Shown here one piece after another: positions 25,001-40,000 of a stretch of DNA of 64,000 nt. The stretch's first letter is position 1. Every line of letters begins with the position of its first letter. The translations under genes were made by a program, and so were the position numbers. The notes beneath the pieces are model-generated. The model was not told the DNA's origin, ran no database searches, and worked only from the letters and a program-made list of their open reading frames with translations. This DNA is from Nemertoderma westbladi (taxonomy: Eukaryota; Animalia; Xenacoelomorpha): the NCBI GenBank assembly GCA_032718475.1, contig JAUCBJ010004961.1, forward strand, positions 13,853-77,852, given 5' to 3'.

Positions 25001-28000
25001 AGCAAATAGAAAACTAATTTCCCCACCCACGGTGTAAGGCGCAGAGCAAATGGAAAACTCATTTCACCACCCACGGTGTAAGGCACAGAGCAAATGGAAA
25101 ACTCATTTCCCGACCCACGGTGTAAGGCGCAGAGCAAAAGGAAAACTCATTTCCCCACCCACGGTGTAAGGCAGAGAGCAAATGGAAAACTCATTTCCCG
25201 ACCCACGGTGTAAGCCGCAGAGCAAATGGAAAACTAATTTTCCCACCCACGGTGTAAGGCGCAGAGCAAAAGGAAAACTCATTTCCCCACCCATGGTGTA
25301 AGGCACAGAGCAAATGGAAAACTAATTTCCCCACCCACGGTGTAAGGCACAGAGCAAATGGAAAACTCATTTCCCCACCCACGGTGTAAGGCACAGAGCA
25401 AATGGAAAACTAATTTCCCCACCCACGGTCTAAGGCACAGAGCAAATGGAAAACTAATTTCCCCACCCACGGTGTAAGGCACAGAGCAAATGGAAAACTA
25501 ATTTTCCCACCCACGGTGTAAGGCACAGAGCAAATGGAAAACTAATTTCCCCACCCACGGTCTAAGGCACAGAGCAAATGGAAAACTCATTTCCCCACCC
25601 ACGGTCTAAGGCACAGAGCAAATGGAAAACTCATTTCCCCACCCACGGTGTAAGGCACAGAGCAAATAGAAAACTCATTTCCCCACCCACGGTGTAAGCC
25701 GCAGAGCAAATGGAAAACTAATTTCCCCACCCACGGTCTAAGGCACAGAGCAAATGGAAAACTCATTTCCCCACCCACGGTGTAAGCCGCAGAGCAAATG
25801 GAAAACTAATTTCCCCACCCACGGTCTAAGGCACAGAGCAAATGGAAAACTCATTTCCCCACCCACGGTCTAAGGCACAGAGCAAATGGAAAACTCATTT
25901 CCCCACCCACGGTGTAAGCCGCAGAGCAAATGGAAAACTAATTTCCCCACCCACGGTCTAAGGCACAGAGCAAATGGAAAACTCATTTCCCCACCCACGG
26001 TGTAAGCCGCAGAGCAAATGGAAAACTAATTTCCCCACCCACGGTCTAAGGCACAGAGCAAATGGAAAACTCATTTCCCCACCCACGGTCTAAGGCACAG
26101 AGCAAATGGAAAACTCATTTCCCCACCCACGGTGTAAGCCGCAGAGCAAATGGAAAACTCATTTCCCGACCCACGGTGTAAGGCACAGAGCAAATGGAAA
26201 ACTCATTTCCCCACCCACGGTGTAAGCCGCAGAGCAAATGGAAAACTCATTTCCCCACCCACGGTGTAAGGCACAGAGCAAATGGAAAACTCATTTCCCC
26301 ACCCACGGTGTAAGCCGCAGAGCAAATGGAAAACTAATTTCCCCACCCACGGTCTAAGGCACAGAGCAAATGGAAAACTCATTTCCCCACCCACGGTCTA
26401 AGGCACAGAGCAAATGGAAAACTCATTTCCCCACCCACGGTCTAAGGCACAGAGCAAATGGAAAACTCATTTCCCCACCCACGGTCTAAGGCACAGAGCA
26501 AATGGAAAACTCATTTCCCCACCCACGGTGTAAGCCGCAGAGCAAATGGAAAACTAATTTCCCCACCCACGGTCTAAGGCACAGAGCAAATGGAAAACTC
26601 ATTTCCCCACCCACGGTCTAAGGCACAGAGCAAATGGAAAACTCATTTCCCCACCCACGGTGTAAGCCGCAGAGCAAATGGAAAACTCATTTCCCCACCC
26701 ACGGTGTAAGCCGCAGAGCAAATGGAAAACTCATTTCCCCACCCACGGTGTAAGGCACAGAGCAAATGGAAAACTCATTTCCCCACCCACGGTCTAAGGC
26801 ACAGAGCAAATGGAAAACTCATTTCCCCACCCACGGTGTAAGCCGCAGAGCAAATGGAAAACTCATTTCCCCACCCACGATGTAAGGCACAGAGCAAATG
26901 GAAAACTCATTTCCCCACCCACGGTGTAAGCCGCAGAGCAAATGGAAAACTCATTTCCCCACCCACGGTGTAAGGCACAGAGCAAATGGAAAACTCATTT
27001 CCCCACCCACGGTGTAAGCCGCAGAGCAAATGGAAAACTCATTTCCCCACCCACGGTGTAAGCCGCAGAGCAAATGGAAAACTCATTTCCCCACCCACGG
27101 TGTAAGGCACAGAGCAAATGGAAAACTCATTTCCCCACCCACGGTGTAAGGCACAGAGCAAATGGAAAACTCATTTCCCCACCCACGGTGTAAGCCGCAG
27201 AGCAAATGGAAAACTAATTTCCCCACCCACGGTCTAAGGCACAGAGCAAATGGAAAACTCATTTCCCCACCCACGGTGTGAGGCACAGAGCAAATGGAAA
27301 ACTAATTTCCCCACCCACGGTCTAAGGCACAGAGCAAATGGAAAACTAATTTCCCCACCCACGGTCTAAGGCACAGAGCAAATGGAAAACTCATTTCCCC
27401 ACCCACGATGTAAGGCACAGAGCAAATGGAAAACTCATTTCCCCACCCACGGTGTAAGCCGCAGAGCAAATGGAAAACTCATTTCCCCACCCACGGTGTA
27501 AGGCACAGAGCAAATGGAAAACTCATTTCCCCACCCACGGTGTAAGGCACAGAGCAAATGGAAAACTCATTTCCCCACCCACGGTGTAAGCCGCAGAGCA
27601 AATGGAAAACTAATTTCCCCACCCACGGTCTAAGGCACAGAGCAAATGGAAAACTCATTTCCCCACCCACGGTGTAAGGCACAGAGCAAATAGAAAACTA
27701 ATTTCCCCACCCACGGTGTAAGGCGCAGAGCAAATGGAAAACTCATTTCCCCACCCACGGTGTAAGGCACAGAGCAAATAGAAAACTCATTTCCCCACCC
27801 ACGGTGTAAGGCACAGAGCAAATAGAAAACTAATTTCCCCACCCACGGTGTAAGGCGCAGAGCAAATGGAAAACTCATTTCCCCACCCACGGTGTAAGGC
27901 ACAGAGCAAATGGAAAACTAATTTCCCCACCCACGGTCTAAGGCAGAGAGCAAATGGAAAACTCATTTCCCCACCCACGGTGTAAGGCACAGAGCAAATG

Positions 28001-31000
28001 GAAAACTCATTTCCTCACCCATGGTGTAAGGCAGAGAGCAAATGGAAAACTCATTTCCCGACCCACGGTGTAAGCCGCAGAGCAAATGGAAAACTAATTT
28101 CCCCACCCACGGTCTAAGGCACAGAGCAAATGGAAAACTAATTTCCCGACCCACGGTGTAAGGCACAGAGCAAATGGAAAACTCATTTCCCCACCCACGG
28201 TCTAAGGCACAGAGCAAATGGAAAACTCATTTCCCCACCCACGGTGTAAGCCGCAGAGCAAATGGAAAACTAATTTCCCCACCCACGGTCTAAGGCACAG
28301 AGCAAATGGAAAACTCATTTCCCCACCCACGGTGTAAGGCACAGAGCAAATGGAAAACTCATTTCCCCACCCACGGTGTAAGCCGCAGAGCAAATGGAAA
28401 ACTAATTTCCCCACCCACGGTCTAAGGCACAGAGCAAATGGAAAACTCATTGCCCTACCCACGGTGAAGCCGCAGAGCAAATGGAAAACTCATTTCCCCA
28501 CCCACGGTGTAAGCCGCAGAGCAAATGGAAAACTCATTTCCCCACCCACGGTGTAAGGCACAGAGCAAATGGAAAACTCATTTCCCCACCCACGGTGTAA
28601 GGCACAGAGCAAATGGAAAACTCATTTCCCACCCACGGTCTAAGGCACAGAGCAAATGGAAAACTAATTTCCCCACCCACGGTCTAAGGCACAGAGCAAA
28701 TGGAAAACTCATTTCCCCACCCACGGTGTAAGGCACAGAGCAAATGGAAAACTCATTTCCCCACCCACGGTGTAAGCCGCAGAGCAAATGGAAAACTAAT
28801 TTCCCCACCCACGGTCTAAGGCACAGAGCAAATGGAAAACTCATTTCCCCACCCACGGTCTAAGGCACAGAGCAAATGGAAAACTCATTTCCCCACCCAC
28901 GGTGTAAGCCGCAGAGCAAATGGAAAACTAATTTCCCCACCCACGGTCTAAGGCACAGAGCAAATGGAAAACTCATTTCCCCACCCACGGTCTAAGGCAC
29001 AGAGCAAATGGAAAACTCATTTCCCCACCCACGGTGTAAGGCACAGAGCAAATGGAAAACTCATTTCCCCACCCACGGTGTAAGGCACAGAGCAAATGGA
29101 AAACTCATTTCCCACCCACGGTCTAAGGCACAGAGCAAATGGAAAACTAATTTCCCCACCCACGGTGTAAGGCACAGAGCAAATGGAAAACTCATTTCCC
29201 CACCCACGGTGTAAGCCGCAGAGCAAATGGAAAACTAATTTCCCCACCCACGGTCTAAGGCACAGAGCAAATGGAAAACTCATTTCCCCACCCACGGTCT
29301 AAGGCACAGAGCAAATGGAAAACTCATTTCCCCACCCACGGTGTAAGCCGCAGAGCAAATGGAAAACTAATTTCCCCACCCACGGTCTAAGGCACAGAGC
29401 AAATGGAAAACTCATTTCCCCACCCACGGTCTAAGGCACAGAGCAAATGGAAAACTCATTTCCCCACCCACGGTGTAAGCCGCAGAGCAAATGGAAAACT
29501 AATTTCCCCACCCACGGTCTAAGGCACAGAGCAAATGGAAAACTCATTTCCCCACCCACGGTCTAAGGCACAGAGCAAATGGAAAACTCATTTCCCCACC
29601 CACGGTCTAAGGCACAGAGCAAATGGAAAACTCATTTCCCCACCCACGGTGTGAGGCACAGAGCAAATGGAAAACTAATTTCCCCACCCACGGTGTAAGG
29701 CACAGAGCAAATGGAAAACTCATTTCCCCACCCACGGTGTGAGGCACAGAGCAAATGGAAAACTCATTTCCCCACCCACGGTGTAAGGCACAGAGCAAAT
29801 GGAAAACTCATTTCCCCACCCACGGTGTAAGGCACAGAGCAAATGGAAAACTCATTTCCCCACCCACGGTGTAAGGCACAGAGCAAATGGAAAACTCATT
29901 TCCCCACCCACGGTGTAAGGCACAGAGCAAATGGAAAACTAATTTCCCCACCCACGGTCTAAGGCACAGAGCAAATGGAAAACTCATTTCCCCACCCACG
30001 GTCTAAGGCACAGAGCAAATGGAAAACTCATTTCCCCACCCACGGTGTGAGGCACAGAGCAAATGGAAAACTAATTTCCCCACCCACGGTGTAAGGCACA
30101 GAGCAAATGGAAAACTCATTTCCCCACCCACGGTGTGAGGCACAGAGCAAATGGAAAACTCATTTCCCCACCCACGGTGTAAGGCACAGAGCAAATGGAA
30201 AACTCATTTCCCCACCCACGGTGTAAGGCACAGAGCAAATGGAAAACTCATTTCCCCACCCACGGTGTAAGGCACAGAGCAAATGGAAAACTCATTTCCC
30301 CACCCACGGTGTAAGGCACAGAGCAAATGGAAAACTAATTTCCCCACCCACGGTCTAAGGCACAGAGCAAATGGAAAACTCATTTCCCCACCCACGGTCT
30401 AAGGCACAGAGCAAATGGAAAACTCATTTCCCCACCCACGGTGTGAGGCACAGAGCAAATGGAAAACTCATTTCCCCACCCACGGTGTGAGGCACAGAGC
30501 AAATGGAAAACTCATTTCCCCACCCACGGTCTAAGGCACAGAGCAAATGGAAAACTCATTTCCCCACCCACGGTGTGAGGCACAGAGCAAATGGAAAACT
30601 AATTTCCCCACCCACGGTGTAAGGCACAGAGCAAATGGAAAACTCATTTCCCCACCCACGGTCTAAGGCACAGAGCAAATGGAAAACTCATTTCCCCACC
30701 CACGGTCTAAGGCACAGAGCAAATGGAAAACTAATTTCCCCACCCACGGTGTAAGCCGCAGAGCAAATGGAAAACTTATTTCCCCACCCACGGTGTAAGG
30801 CGCAGAGCAAATGGAAAACTCATTTCCCGACCCACGGTGTAAGGCGCAGAGCAAAAGGAAAACTCATTTCCCACCCACGGTGTAAGGCACAGAGCAAATG
30901 GAAAACTCATTTCCCCACCCACGGTCTAAGGCACAGAGCAAATGGAAAACTAATTTCCCCACCCACGGTGTAAGCCGCAGAGCAAATGGAAAACTCATTT

Positions 31001-34000
31001 CACCACCCACGGTGTAAGGCACAGAGCAAATGGAAAACTCATTTCCCCACCCACGGTGTAAGCCGCAGAGCAAATGGAAAACTCATTTCCCCACCCACGG
31101 TGTAAGGCACAGAGCAAATAGAAAACTAATTTCCCCACCCACGGTGTAAGCCGCAGAGCAAATGGAAAACTCATTTCCCCACCCACGGTGTAAGGCACAG
31201 AGCAAATGGAAAACTCATTTCCCCACCCACGGTGTAAGGCACAGAGCAAATAGAAAACTAATTTCCCCACCCACGGTGTAAGGCACAGAGCAAATGGAAA
31301 ACTCATTTCCCCACCCACGGTGTAAGGCGCAGAGCAAATGGAAAACTCATTTCCCCACCCACGGTGTAAGCCGCAGAGCAAAAGGAAAACTCATTTCCCG
31401 ACCCACGGTGTTAGGCAGAGAGCAAATGGAAAACTAATTGCCCCACCCACGGTGTAAGGCAGAGAGCAAATGGAAAACTAATTGCCCCACCCACGGTGTA
31501 AGGCACAGAGCAAATGGAAAACTAATTTCCCCACCCACGGTGTAAGGCGCAGAGCAAATGGAAAACTCATTTCCCCACCCACGGTGTAAGGCACAGAGCA
31601 AATAGAAAACTAATTTCCCCACCCACGGTGTAAGGCGCAGAGCAAATGGAAAACTCATTTCCCCACCCACGGTCTAAGACACAGAGCAAATGGAAAACTC
31701 ATTTCCCCACCCACGGTGTGAGGCACAGAGCAAATGGAAAACTAATTTCCCCACCCACGGTGTAAGGCACAGAGCAAATAGAAAACTAATTTCCCCACCC
31801 ACGGTGTAAGGCGCAGAGCAAATGGAAAACTCATTTCCCCACCCACGGTCTAAGACACAGAGCAAATGGAAAACTCATTTCCCCACCCACGGTGTGAGGC
31901 ACAGAGCAAATGGAAAACTAATTTCCCCACCCACGGTGTAAGGCACAGAGCAAATAGAAAACTAATTTCCCCACCCACGGTGTAAGGCGCAGAGCAAATG
32001 GAAAACTCATTTCCCCACCCACGGTCTAAGACACAGAGCAAATGGAAAACTCATTTCCCCACCCACGGTGTGAGGCACAGAGCAAATGGAAAACTAATTT
32101 CCCCACCCACGGTGTAAGGCACAGAGCAAATAGAAAACTAATTTCCCCACCCACGGTGTAAGGCACAGAGCAAATGGAAAACTCATTTCCCCACCCACGG
32201 TCTAAGGCACAGAGCAAATGGAAAACTCATTTCCCACCCACGGTGTAAGGCACAGAGCAAATGGAAAACTCATTTCCCCACCCACGGTGTAAGCCGCAGA
32301 GCAAATGGAAAACTAATTTCCCCACCCACGGTGTAAGGCACAGAGCAAATGGAAAACTCATTTCCCACCCACGGTGTAAGGCACAGAGCAAATGGAAAAC
32401 TCATTTCCCACCCACGGTGTAAGGCACAGAGCAAATGGAAAACTCATTTCCCCACCCACGGTGTAAGCCGCAGAGCAAATGGAAAACTAATTTCCCCACC
32501 CACGGTCTAAGGCACAGAGCAAATGGAAAACTCATTTCCCCACCCACGGTCTAAGGCACAGAGCAAATGGAAAACTCATTTCCCCACCCACGGTCTAAGG
32601 CACAGAGCAAATGGAAAACTCATTTCCCCACCCACGGTGTGAGGCACAGAGCAAATGGAAAACTAATTTCCCCACCCACGGTCTAAGCCACAGAGCAAAT
32701 GGAAAACTCATTTCCCCACCCACGGTGTAAGGCACAGAGCAAATGGAAAACTAATTTCCCCACCCACGGTGTAAGGCACAGAGCAAATGGAAAACTCATT
32801 TCCCCACCCACGGTGTAAGGCACAGAGCAAATGGAAAACTAATTTCCCCACCCACGGTGTAAGGCGCAGAGCAAATGGAAAACTCATTTCCCCACCCACG
32901 GTGTAAGCCGCAGAGCAAATGGAAAACTCATTTCCCCACCCACGGTGTAAGGCGCAGAGCAAATGGAAAACTCATTTCCCCACCCACGGTGTAAGGCGCA
33001 GAGCAAATGGAAAACTAATTTCCCCACCCACGGTCTAAGGCACAGAGCAAATGGAAAACTCATTTCCCCACCCACGGTCTAAGGCACAGAGCAAATGGAA
33101 AACTCATTTCCCCACCCACGGTCTAAGGCACAGAGCAAATGGAAAACTCATTTCCCCACCCACGGTGTGAGGCACAGAGCAAATGGAAAACTAATTTCCC
33201 CACCCACGGTCTAAGCCACAGAGCAAATGGAAAACTCATTTCCCCACCCACGGTGTAAGGCACAGAGCAAATGGAAAACTAATTTCCCCACCCACGGTGT
33301 AAGGCACAGAGCAAATGGAAAACTCATTTCCCCACCCACGGTGTAAGGCACAGAGCAAATGGAAAACTAATTTCCCCACCCACGGTGTAAGGCGCAGAGC
33401 AAATGGAAAACTCATTTCCCCACCCACGGTGTAAGCCGCAGAGCAAATGGAAAACTCATTTCCCCACCCACGGTGTAAGGCGCAGAGCAAATGGAAAACT
33501 CATTTCCCCACCCACGGTGTAAGGCACAGAGCAAATGGAAAACTAATTTCCCCACCCACGGTGTAAGGCACAGAGCAAATGGAAAACTCATTTCCCCACC
33601 CACGGTGTAAGGCACAGAGCAAATGGAAAACTAATTTCCCCACCCACGGTGTAAGGCGCAGAGCAAATGGAAAACTCATTTCCCCACCCACGGTGTAAGC
33701 CGCAGAGCAAATGGAAAACTCATTTCCCCACCCACGGTGTAAGGCGCAGAGCAAATGGAAAACTCATTTCCCCACCCACGGTGTAAGCCGCAGAGCAAAT
33801 GGAAAACTTATTTCCCCACCCACGGTGTAAGGCACAGAGCAAATGGAAAACTCATTTCCCCACCCACGGTGTAAGCCGCAGAGCAAATGGAAAACTCATT
33901 TCCCCACCCACGGTGTAAGGCGCAGAGCAAATGGAAAACTCATTTCCCCACCCACGGTGTAAGGCGCAGAGCAAATGGAAAACTCATTTCCCCACCCACG

Positions 34001-37000
34001 GTGTAAGGCACAGAGCAAATGGAAAACTAATTTCCCCACCCACGGTGTAAGGCGCAGAGCAAATGGAAAACTCATTTCCCCACCCACGGTGTAAGGCGCA
34101 GAGCAAATGGAAAACTCATTTCCCCACCCACGGTGTAAGGCGCAGAGCAAATGGAAAACTCATTTCCCCACCCACGGTGTAAGGCACAGAGCAAATGGAA
34201 AACTAATTTCCCCACCCACGGTGTAAGGCGCAGAGCAAATGGAAAACTCATTTCCCCACCCACGGTGTAAGGCGCAGAGCAAATGGAAAACTCATTTCCC
34301 CACCCACGGTGTAAGGCGCAGAGCAAATGGAAAACTCATTTCCCCACCCACGGTGTAAGGCGCAGAGCAAATGGAAAACTCATTTCCCCACCCACGGTGT
34401 AAGGCACAGAGCAAATGGAAAACTAATTTCCCCACCCACGGTGTAAGGCGCAGAGCAAATGGAAAACTCATTTCCCCACCCACGGTGTAAGGCGCAGAGC
34501 AAATGGAAAACTCATTTCCCCACCCACGGTGTAAGGCACAGAGCAAATAGAAAACTAATTTCCCCACCCACGGTGTAAGGCGCAGAGCAAATGGAAAACT
34601 CATTTCCCCACCCACGGTCTAAGACACAGAGCAAATGGAAAACTCATTTCCCCACCCACGGTGTGAGGCACAGAGCAAATGGAAAACTAATTTCCCCACC
34701 CACGGTGTAAGGCAGAGAGCAAATGGAAAACTCATTTCCCCACCCACGGTGTAAGGCACAGAGCAAATGGAAAACTAATTTCCCCACCCACGGTCTAAGG
34801 CACAGAGCAAATGGAAAACTCATTTCCCCACCCACGGTGTAAGCCGCAGAGCAAATGGAAAACTCATTTCCCCACCCACGGTGTAAGGCACAGAGCAAAT
34901 GGAAAACTCATTTCCCCACCCACGGTGTAAGCCGCAGAGCAAATGGAAAACTCATTGCCCCACCCACGGTGTAAGGCACAGAGCAAATGGAAAACTCATT
35001 TCCCCACCCACGGTGTAAGGCACAGAGCAAATGGAAAACTAATTTCCCCACCCACGGTCTAAGGCAGAGAGCAAATGGAAAACTCATTTCCCCACCCACG
35101 GTGTAAGCCGCAGAGCAAATGGAAAACTCATTTCCCCACCCACGGTGTAAGGCACAGAGCAAATGGAAAACTCATTTCCCCACCCACGGTGTAAGGCACA
35201 GAGCAAATGGAAAACTAATTTCCCCACCCACGGTCTAAGGCAGAGAGCAAATGGAAAACTCATTTCCCCACCCACGGTGTAAGGCACAGAGCAAATGGAA
35301 AACTAATTTCCCCACCCACGGTCTAAGGCACAGAGCAAATGGAAAACTCATTTCCCCACCCACGGTGTAAGGCACAGAGCAAATGGAAAACTAATTTCCC
35401 CACCCACGGTCTAAGGCACAGAGCAAATGGAAAACTCATTTCCCCACCCACGGTGTAAGGCACAGAGCAAATGGAAAACTCATTTCCCCACCCACGGTGT
35501 AAGCCGCAGAGCAAATGGAAAACTCATTGCCCCACCCACGGTGTAAGGCACAGAGCAAATGGAAAACTCATTTCCCCACCCACGGTGTAAGGCACAGAGC
35601 AAATGGAAAACTAATTTCCCCACCCACGGTCTAAGGCAGAGAGCAAATGGAAAACTCATTTCCCCACCCACGGTGTAAGGCAGAGAGCAAATGGAAAACT
35701 CATTTCCCCACCCACGGTGTAAGGCACAGAGCAAATGGAAAACTAATTTCCCCACCCACGGTCTAAGGCACAGAGCAAATGGAAAACTCATTTCCCCACC
35801 CACGGTGTAAGGCACAGAGCAAATGGAAAACTCATTTCCCCACCCACGGTCTAAGGCACAGAGCAAATGGAAAACTCATTTCCCCACCCACGGTCTAAGG
35901 CACAGAGCAAATGGAAAACTCATTTCCCCACCCACGGTGTAAGGAAATGAGCAAATGGAAAACTCATTTCCCCACCCACGGTGTAAGGCACAGAGCAAAT
36001 GGAAAACTCATTTCCCCACCCACGGTGTAAGGCACAGAGCAAATGGAAAACTCATTTCCCCACCCACGGTGTATAAGGCACAGAGCAAATGGAAAACTCA
36101 TTTCCCCACCCACGGTGTGAGGCACAGAGCAAATGGAAAACTCATTTCCCCACCCACGGTGTAAGCCGCAGAGCAAATGGAAAACTCATTTCCCCACCCA
36201 CGGTGTAAGGCACAGAGCAAATGGAAAACTAATTTCCCCACCCACGGTCTAAGGCACAGAGCAAATGGAAAACTCATTTCCCCACCCACGGTCTAAGGCA
36301 CAGAGCAAATGGAAAACTCATTTCCCCACCCACGGTCTAAGGCACAGAGCAAATGGAAAACTCATTTCCCCACCCACGGTGTAAGGCACAGAGCAAATGG
36401 AAAACTCATTTCCCCACCCACGGTCTAAGGCACAGAGCAAATGGAAAACTCATTTCCCCACCCACGGTGTAAGGCACAGAGCAAATGGAAAACTCATTTC
36501 CCCACCCACGGTCTAAGGCACAGAGCAAATGGAAAACTCATTTCCCGACCCACGGTGTAAGGCACAGAGCAAATGGAAAACTCATTTCCCCACCCACGGT
36601 CTAAGGCACAGAGCAAATGGAAAACTCATTTCACCACCCACGGTGTAAGCCGCAGAGCAAATGGAAAACTAATTTCCCCACCCACGGTGTAAGGCACAGA
36701 GCAAATGGAAAACTCATTTCCCCACCCACGGTGTAAGGCACAGAGCAAATGGAAAACTCATTTCCCCACCCACGGTGTAAGCCGCAGAGCAAATGGAAAA
36801 CTCATTTCCCCACCCACGGTGTAAGGCGCAGAGCAAATGGAAAACTCATTTCCCCACCCACGGTCTAAGGCACAGAGCAAATGGAAAACTCATTTCCCCA
36901 CCCACGGTGTAAGGCACAGAGCAAATGGAAAACTCATTTCCCCACCCACGGTCTAAGGCACAGAGCAAATGGAAAACTCATTTCCCGACCCACGGTGTAA

Positions 37001-40000
37001 GCCGCAGAGCAAATGGAAAACTCATTTCCCCACCCACGGTCTAAGGCACAGAGCAAATGGAAAACTCATTTCACCACCCACGGTGTAAGCCGCAGAGCAA
37101 ATGGAAAACTAATTTCCCCACCCACGGTGTAAGGCACAGAGCAAATGGAAAACTCATTTCCCCACCCACGGTCTAAGGCACAGAGCAAATGGAAAACTCA
37201 TTTCACCACCCACGGTGTAAGCCGCAGAGCAAATGGAAAACTCATTTCCCCACCCACGGTGTAAGGCACAGAGCAAATGGAAAACTCATTTCCCCACCCA
37301 CGGTGTAAGGCACAGAGCAAATGGAAAACTCATTTCCCCACCCACGGTGTAAGCCGCAGAGCAAATGGAAAACTCATTTCCCCACCCACGGTGTAAGGCG
37401 CAGAGCAAATGGAAAACTCATTTCCCCACCCACGGTCTAAGGCACAGAGCAAATGGAAAACTAATTTCCCCACCCACGGTGTAAGGCACAGAGCAAATGG
37501 AAAACTCATTTCCCCACCCACGGTGTAAGGCACAGAGCAAATGGAAAACTAATTTCCCCACCCACGGTGTAAGGCACAGAGCAAATGGAAAACTCATTTC
37601 CCCACCCACGGTCTAAGGCACAGAGCAAATGGAAAACTCATTTCCCGACCCACGGTGTAAGCCGCAGAGCAAATGGAAAACTAATTTCCCCACCCACGGT
37701 GTAAGGCACAGAGCAAATGGAAAACTCATTTCCCCACCCACGGTGTAAGGCACAGAGCAAATGGAAAACTCATTTCCCCACCCACGGTGTAAGCCGCAGA
37801 GCAAATGGAAAACTCATTTCCCCACCCACGGTGTAAGGCACAGAGCAAATGGAAAACTCATTTCCCCACCCACGGTGTAAGGCAGAGAGCAAATGGAAAA
37901 CTCATTTCCCCACCCACGGTGTAAGGCAGAGAGCAAATGGAAAACTCATTTCCCCACCCACGGTGTAAGCCGCAGAGCAAATGGAAAACTCATTTCCCCA
38001 CCCACGGTGTAAGGCAGAGAGCAAATGGAAAACTCATTTCCCCACCCACGGTGTAAGGCAGAGAGCAAATGGAAAACTCATTTCCCCACCCACGGTGTAA
38101 GGCAGAGAGCAAATGGAAAACTCATTTCCCCACCCACGGTGTAAGGCAGAGAGCAAATGGAAAACTCATTTCCCCACCCACGGTGTAAGGCACAGAGCAA
38201 ATGGAAAACTCATTTCCCCACCCACGGTGTAAGCCGCAGAGCAAATGGAAAACTCATTTCCCCACCCACGGTGTAAGGCACAGAGCAAATGGAAAACTCA
38301 TTTCCCCACCCACGGTGTAAGGCAGAGAGCAAATGGAAAACTCATTTCCCCACCCACGGTGTAAGCCGCAGAGCAAATGGAAAACTCATTTCCCCACCCA
38401 CGGTGTAAGGCAGAGAGCAAATGGAAAACTCATTTCCCCACCCACGGTGTAAGGCAGAGAGCAAATGGAAAACTCATTTCCCCACCCACGGTGTAAGCCG
38501 CAGAGCAAATGGAAAACTCATTTCCCCACCCACGGTGTAAGGCAGAGAGCAAATGGAAAACTCATTTCCCCACCCACGGTGTAAGGCGCAGAGCAAATGG
38601 AAAACTCATTTCCCCACCCACGGTGTAAGGCAGAGAGCAAATGGAAAACTCATTTCCCCACCCACGGTGTAAGGCAGAGAGCAAATGGAAAACTCATTTC
38701 CCCACCCACGGTGTAAGGCAGAGAGCAAATGGAAAACTCATTTCCCCACCCACGGTGTAAGGCAGAGAGCAAATGGAAAACTCATTTCCCCACCCACGGT
38801 GTAAGGCAGAGAGCAAATGGAAAACTCATTTCCCCACCCACGGTGTAAGCCGCAGAGCAAATGGAAAACTCATTTCCCCACCCACGGTGTAAGGCAGAGA
38901 GTAAATGGAAAACTCATTTCCCCACCCACGGTGTAAGGCAGAGAGCAAATGGAAAACTCATTTCCCCACCCACGGTGTAAGCCGCAGAGCAAATGGAAAA
39001 CTCATTTCCCCACCCACGGTGTAAGGCAGAGAGCAAATGGAAAACTCATTTCCCCACCCACGGTGTAAGGCAGAGAGCAAATGGAAAACTCATTTCCCCA
39101 CCCACGGTGTAAGCCGCAGAGCAAATGGAAAACTCATTTCCCCACCCACGGTGTAAGGCACAGAGCAAATGGAAAACTCATTTCCCACCCACGGTGTAAG
39201 GCACAGAGCAAATGGAAAACTCATTGCCCTACCCACGGTGTAAGGCACAGAGCAAATGGAAAACTCATTTCCCCACCCACGGTGTAAGGCACAGAGCAAA
39301 TGGAAAACTCATTTCCCCACCCACGGTGTAAGCCGCAGAGCAAATGGAAAACTCATTTCCCCACCCACGGTGTAAGGCACAGAGCAAATGGAAAACTAAT
39401 TTCCCCACCCACGGTCTAAGGCACAGAGCAAATGGAAAACTCATTTCCCACCCACGGTGTAAGGCACAGAGCAAATGGAAAACTCATTTCCCCACCCACG
39501 GTGTAAGCCGCAGAGCAAATGGAAAACTCATTTCCCCACCCACGGTGTAAGGCACAGAGCAAATGGAAAACTAATTGCCCCACCCACGGTGTAAGGCGCA
39601 GAGCAAATGGAAAACTAATTTCCCCACCCACGGTGTAAGGCACAGAGCAAATGGAAAACTCATTTCCCACCCACGGTGTAAGGCACAGAGCAAATGGAAA
39701 ACTAATTTCCCCACCCACGGTGTAAGGCGCAGAGCAAATGGAAAACTCATTTCCCGACCCACGGTGTAAGGCACAGAGCAAATGGAAAACTCATTTCCCC
39801 ACCCACGGTGTAAGGCACAGAGCAAATGGAAAACTCATTTCCCCACCCACGGTGTAAGGCACAGAGCAAATGGAAAACTCATTTCCCCACCCACGGTGTA
39901 AGCCGCAGAGCAAATGGAAAACTCATTTCCCCACCCACGGTGTAAGGCAGAGAGCAAATGGAAAACTCATTTCCCCACCCACGGTGTAAGCCGCAGAGCA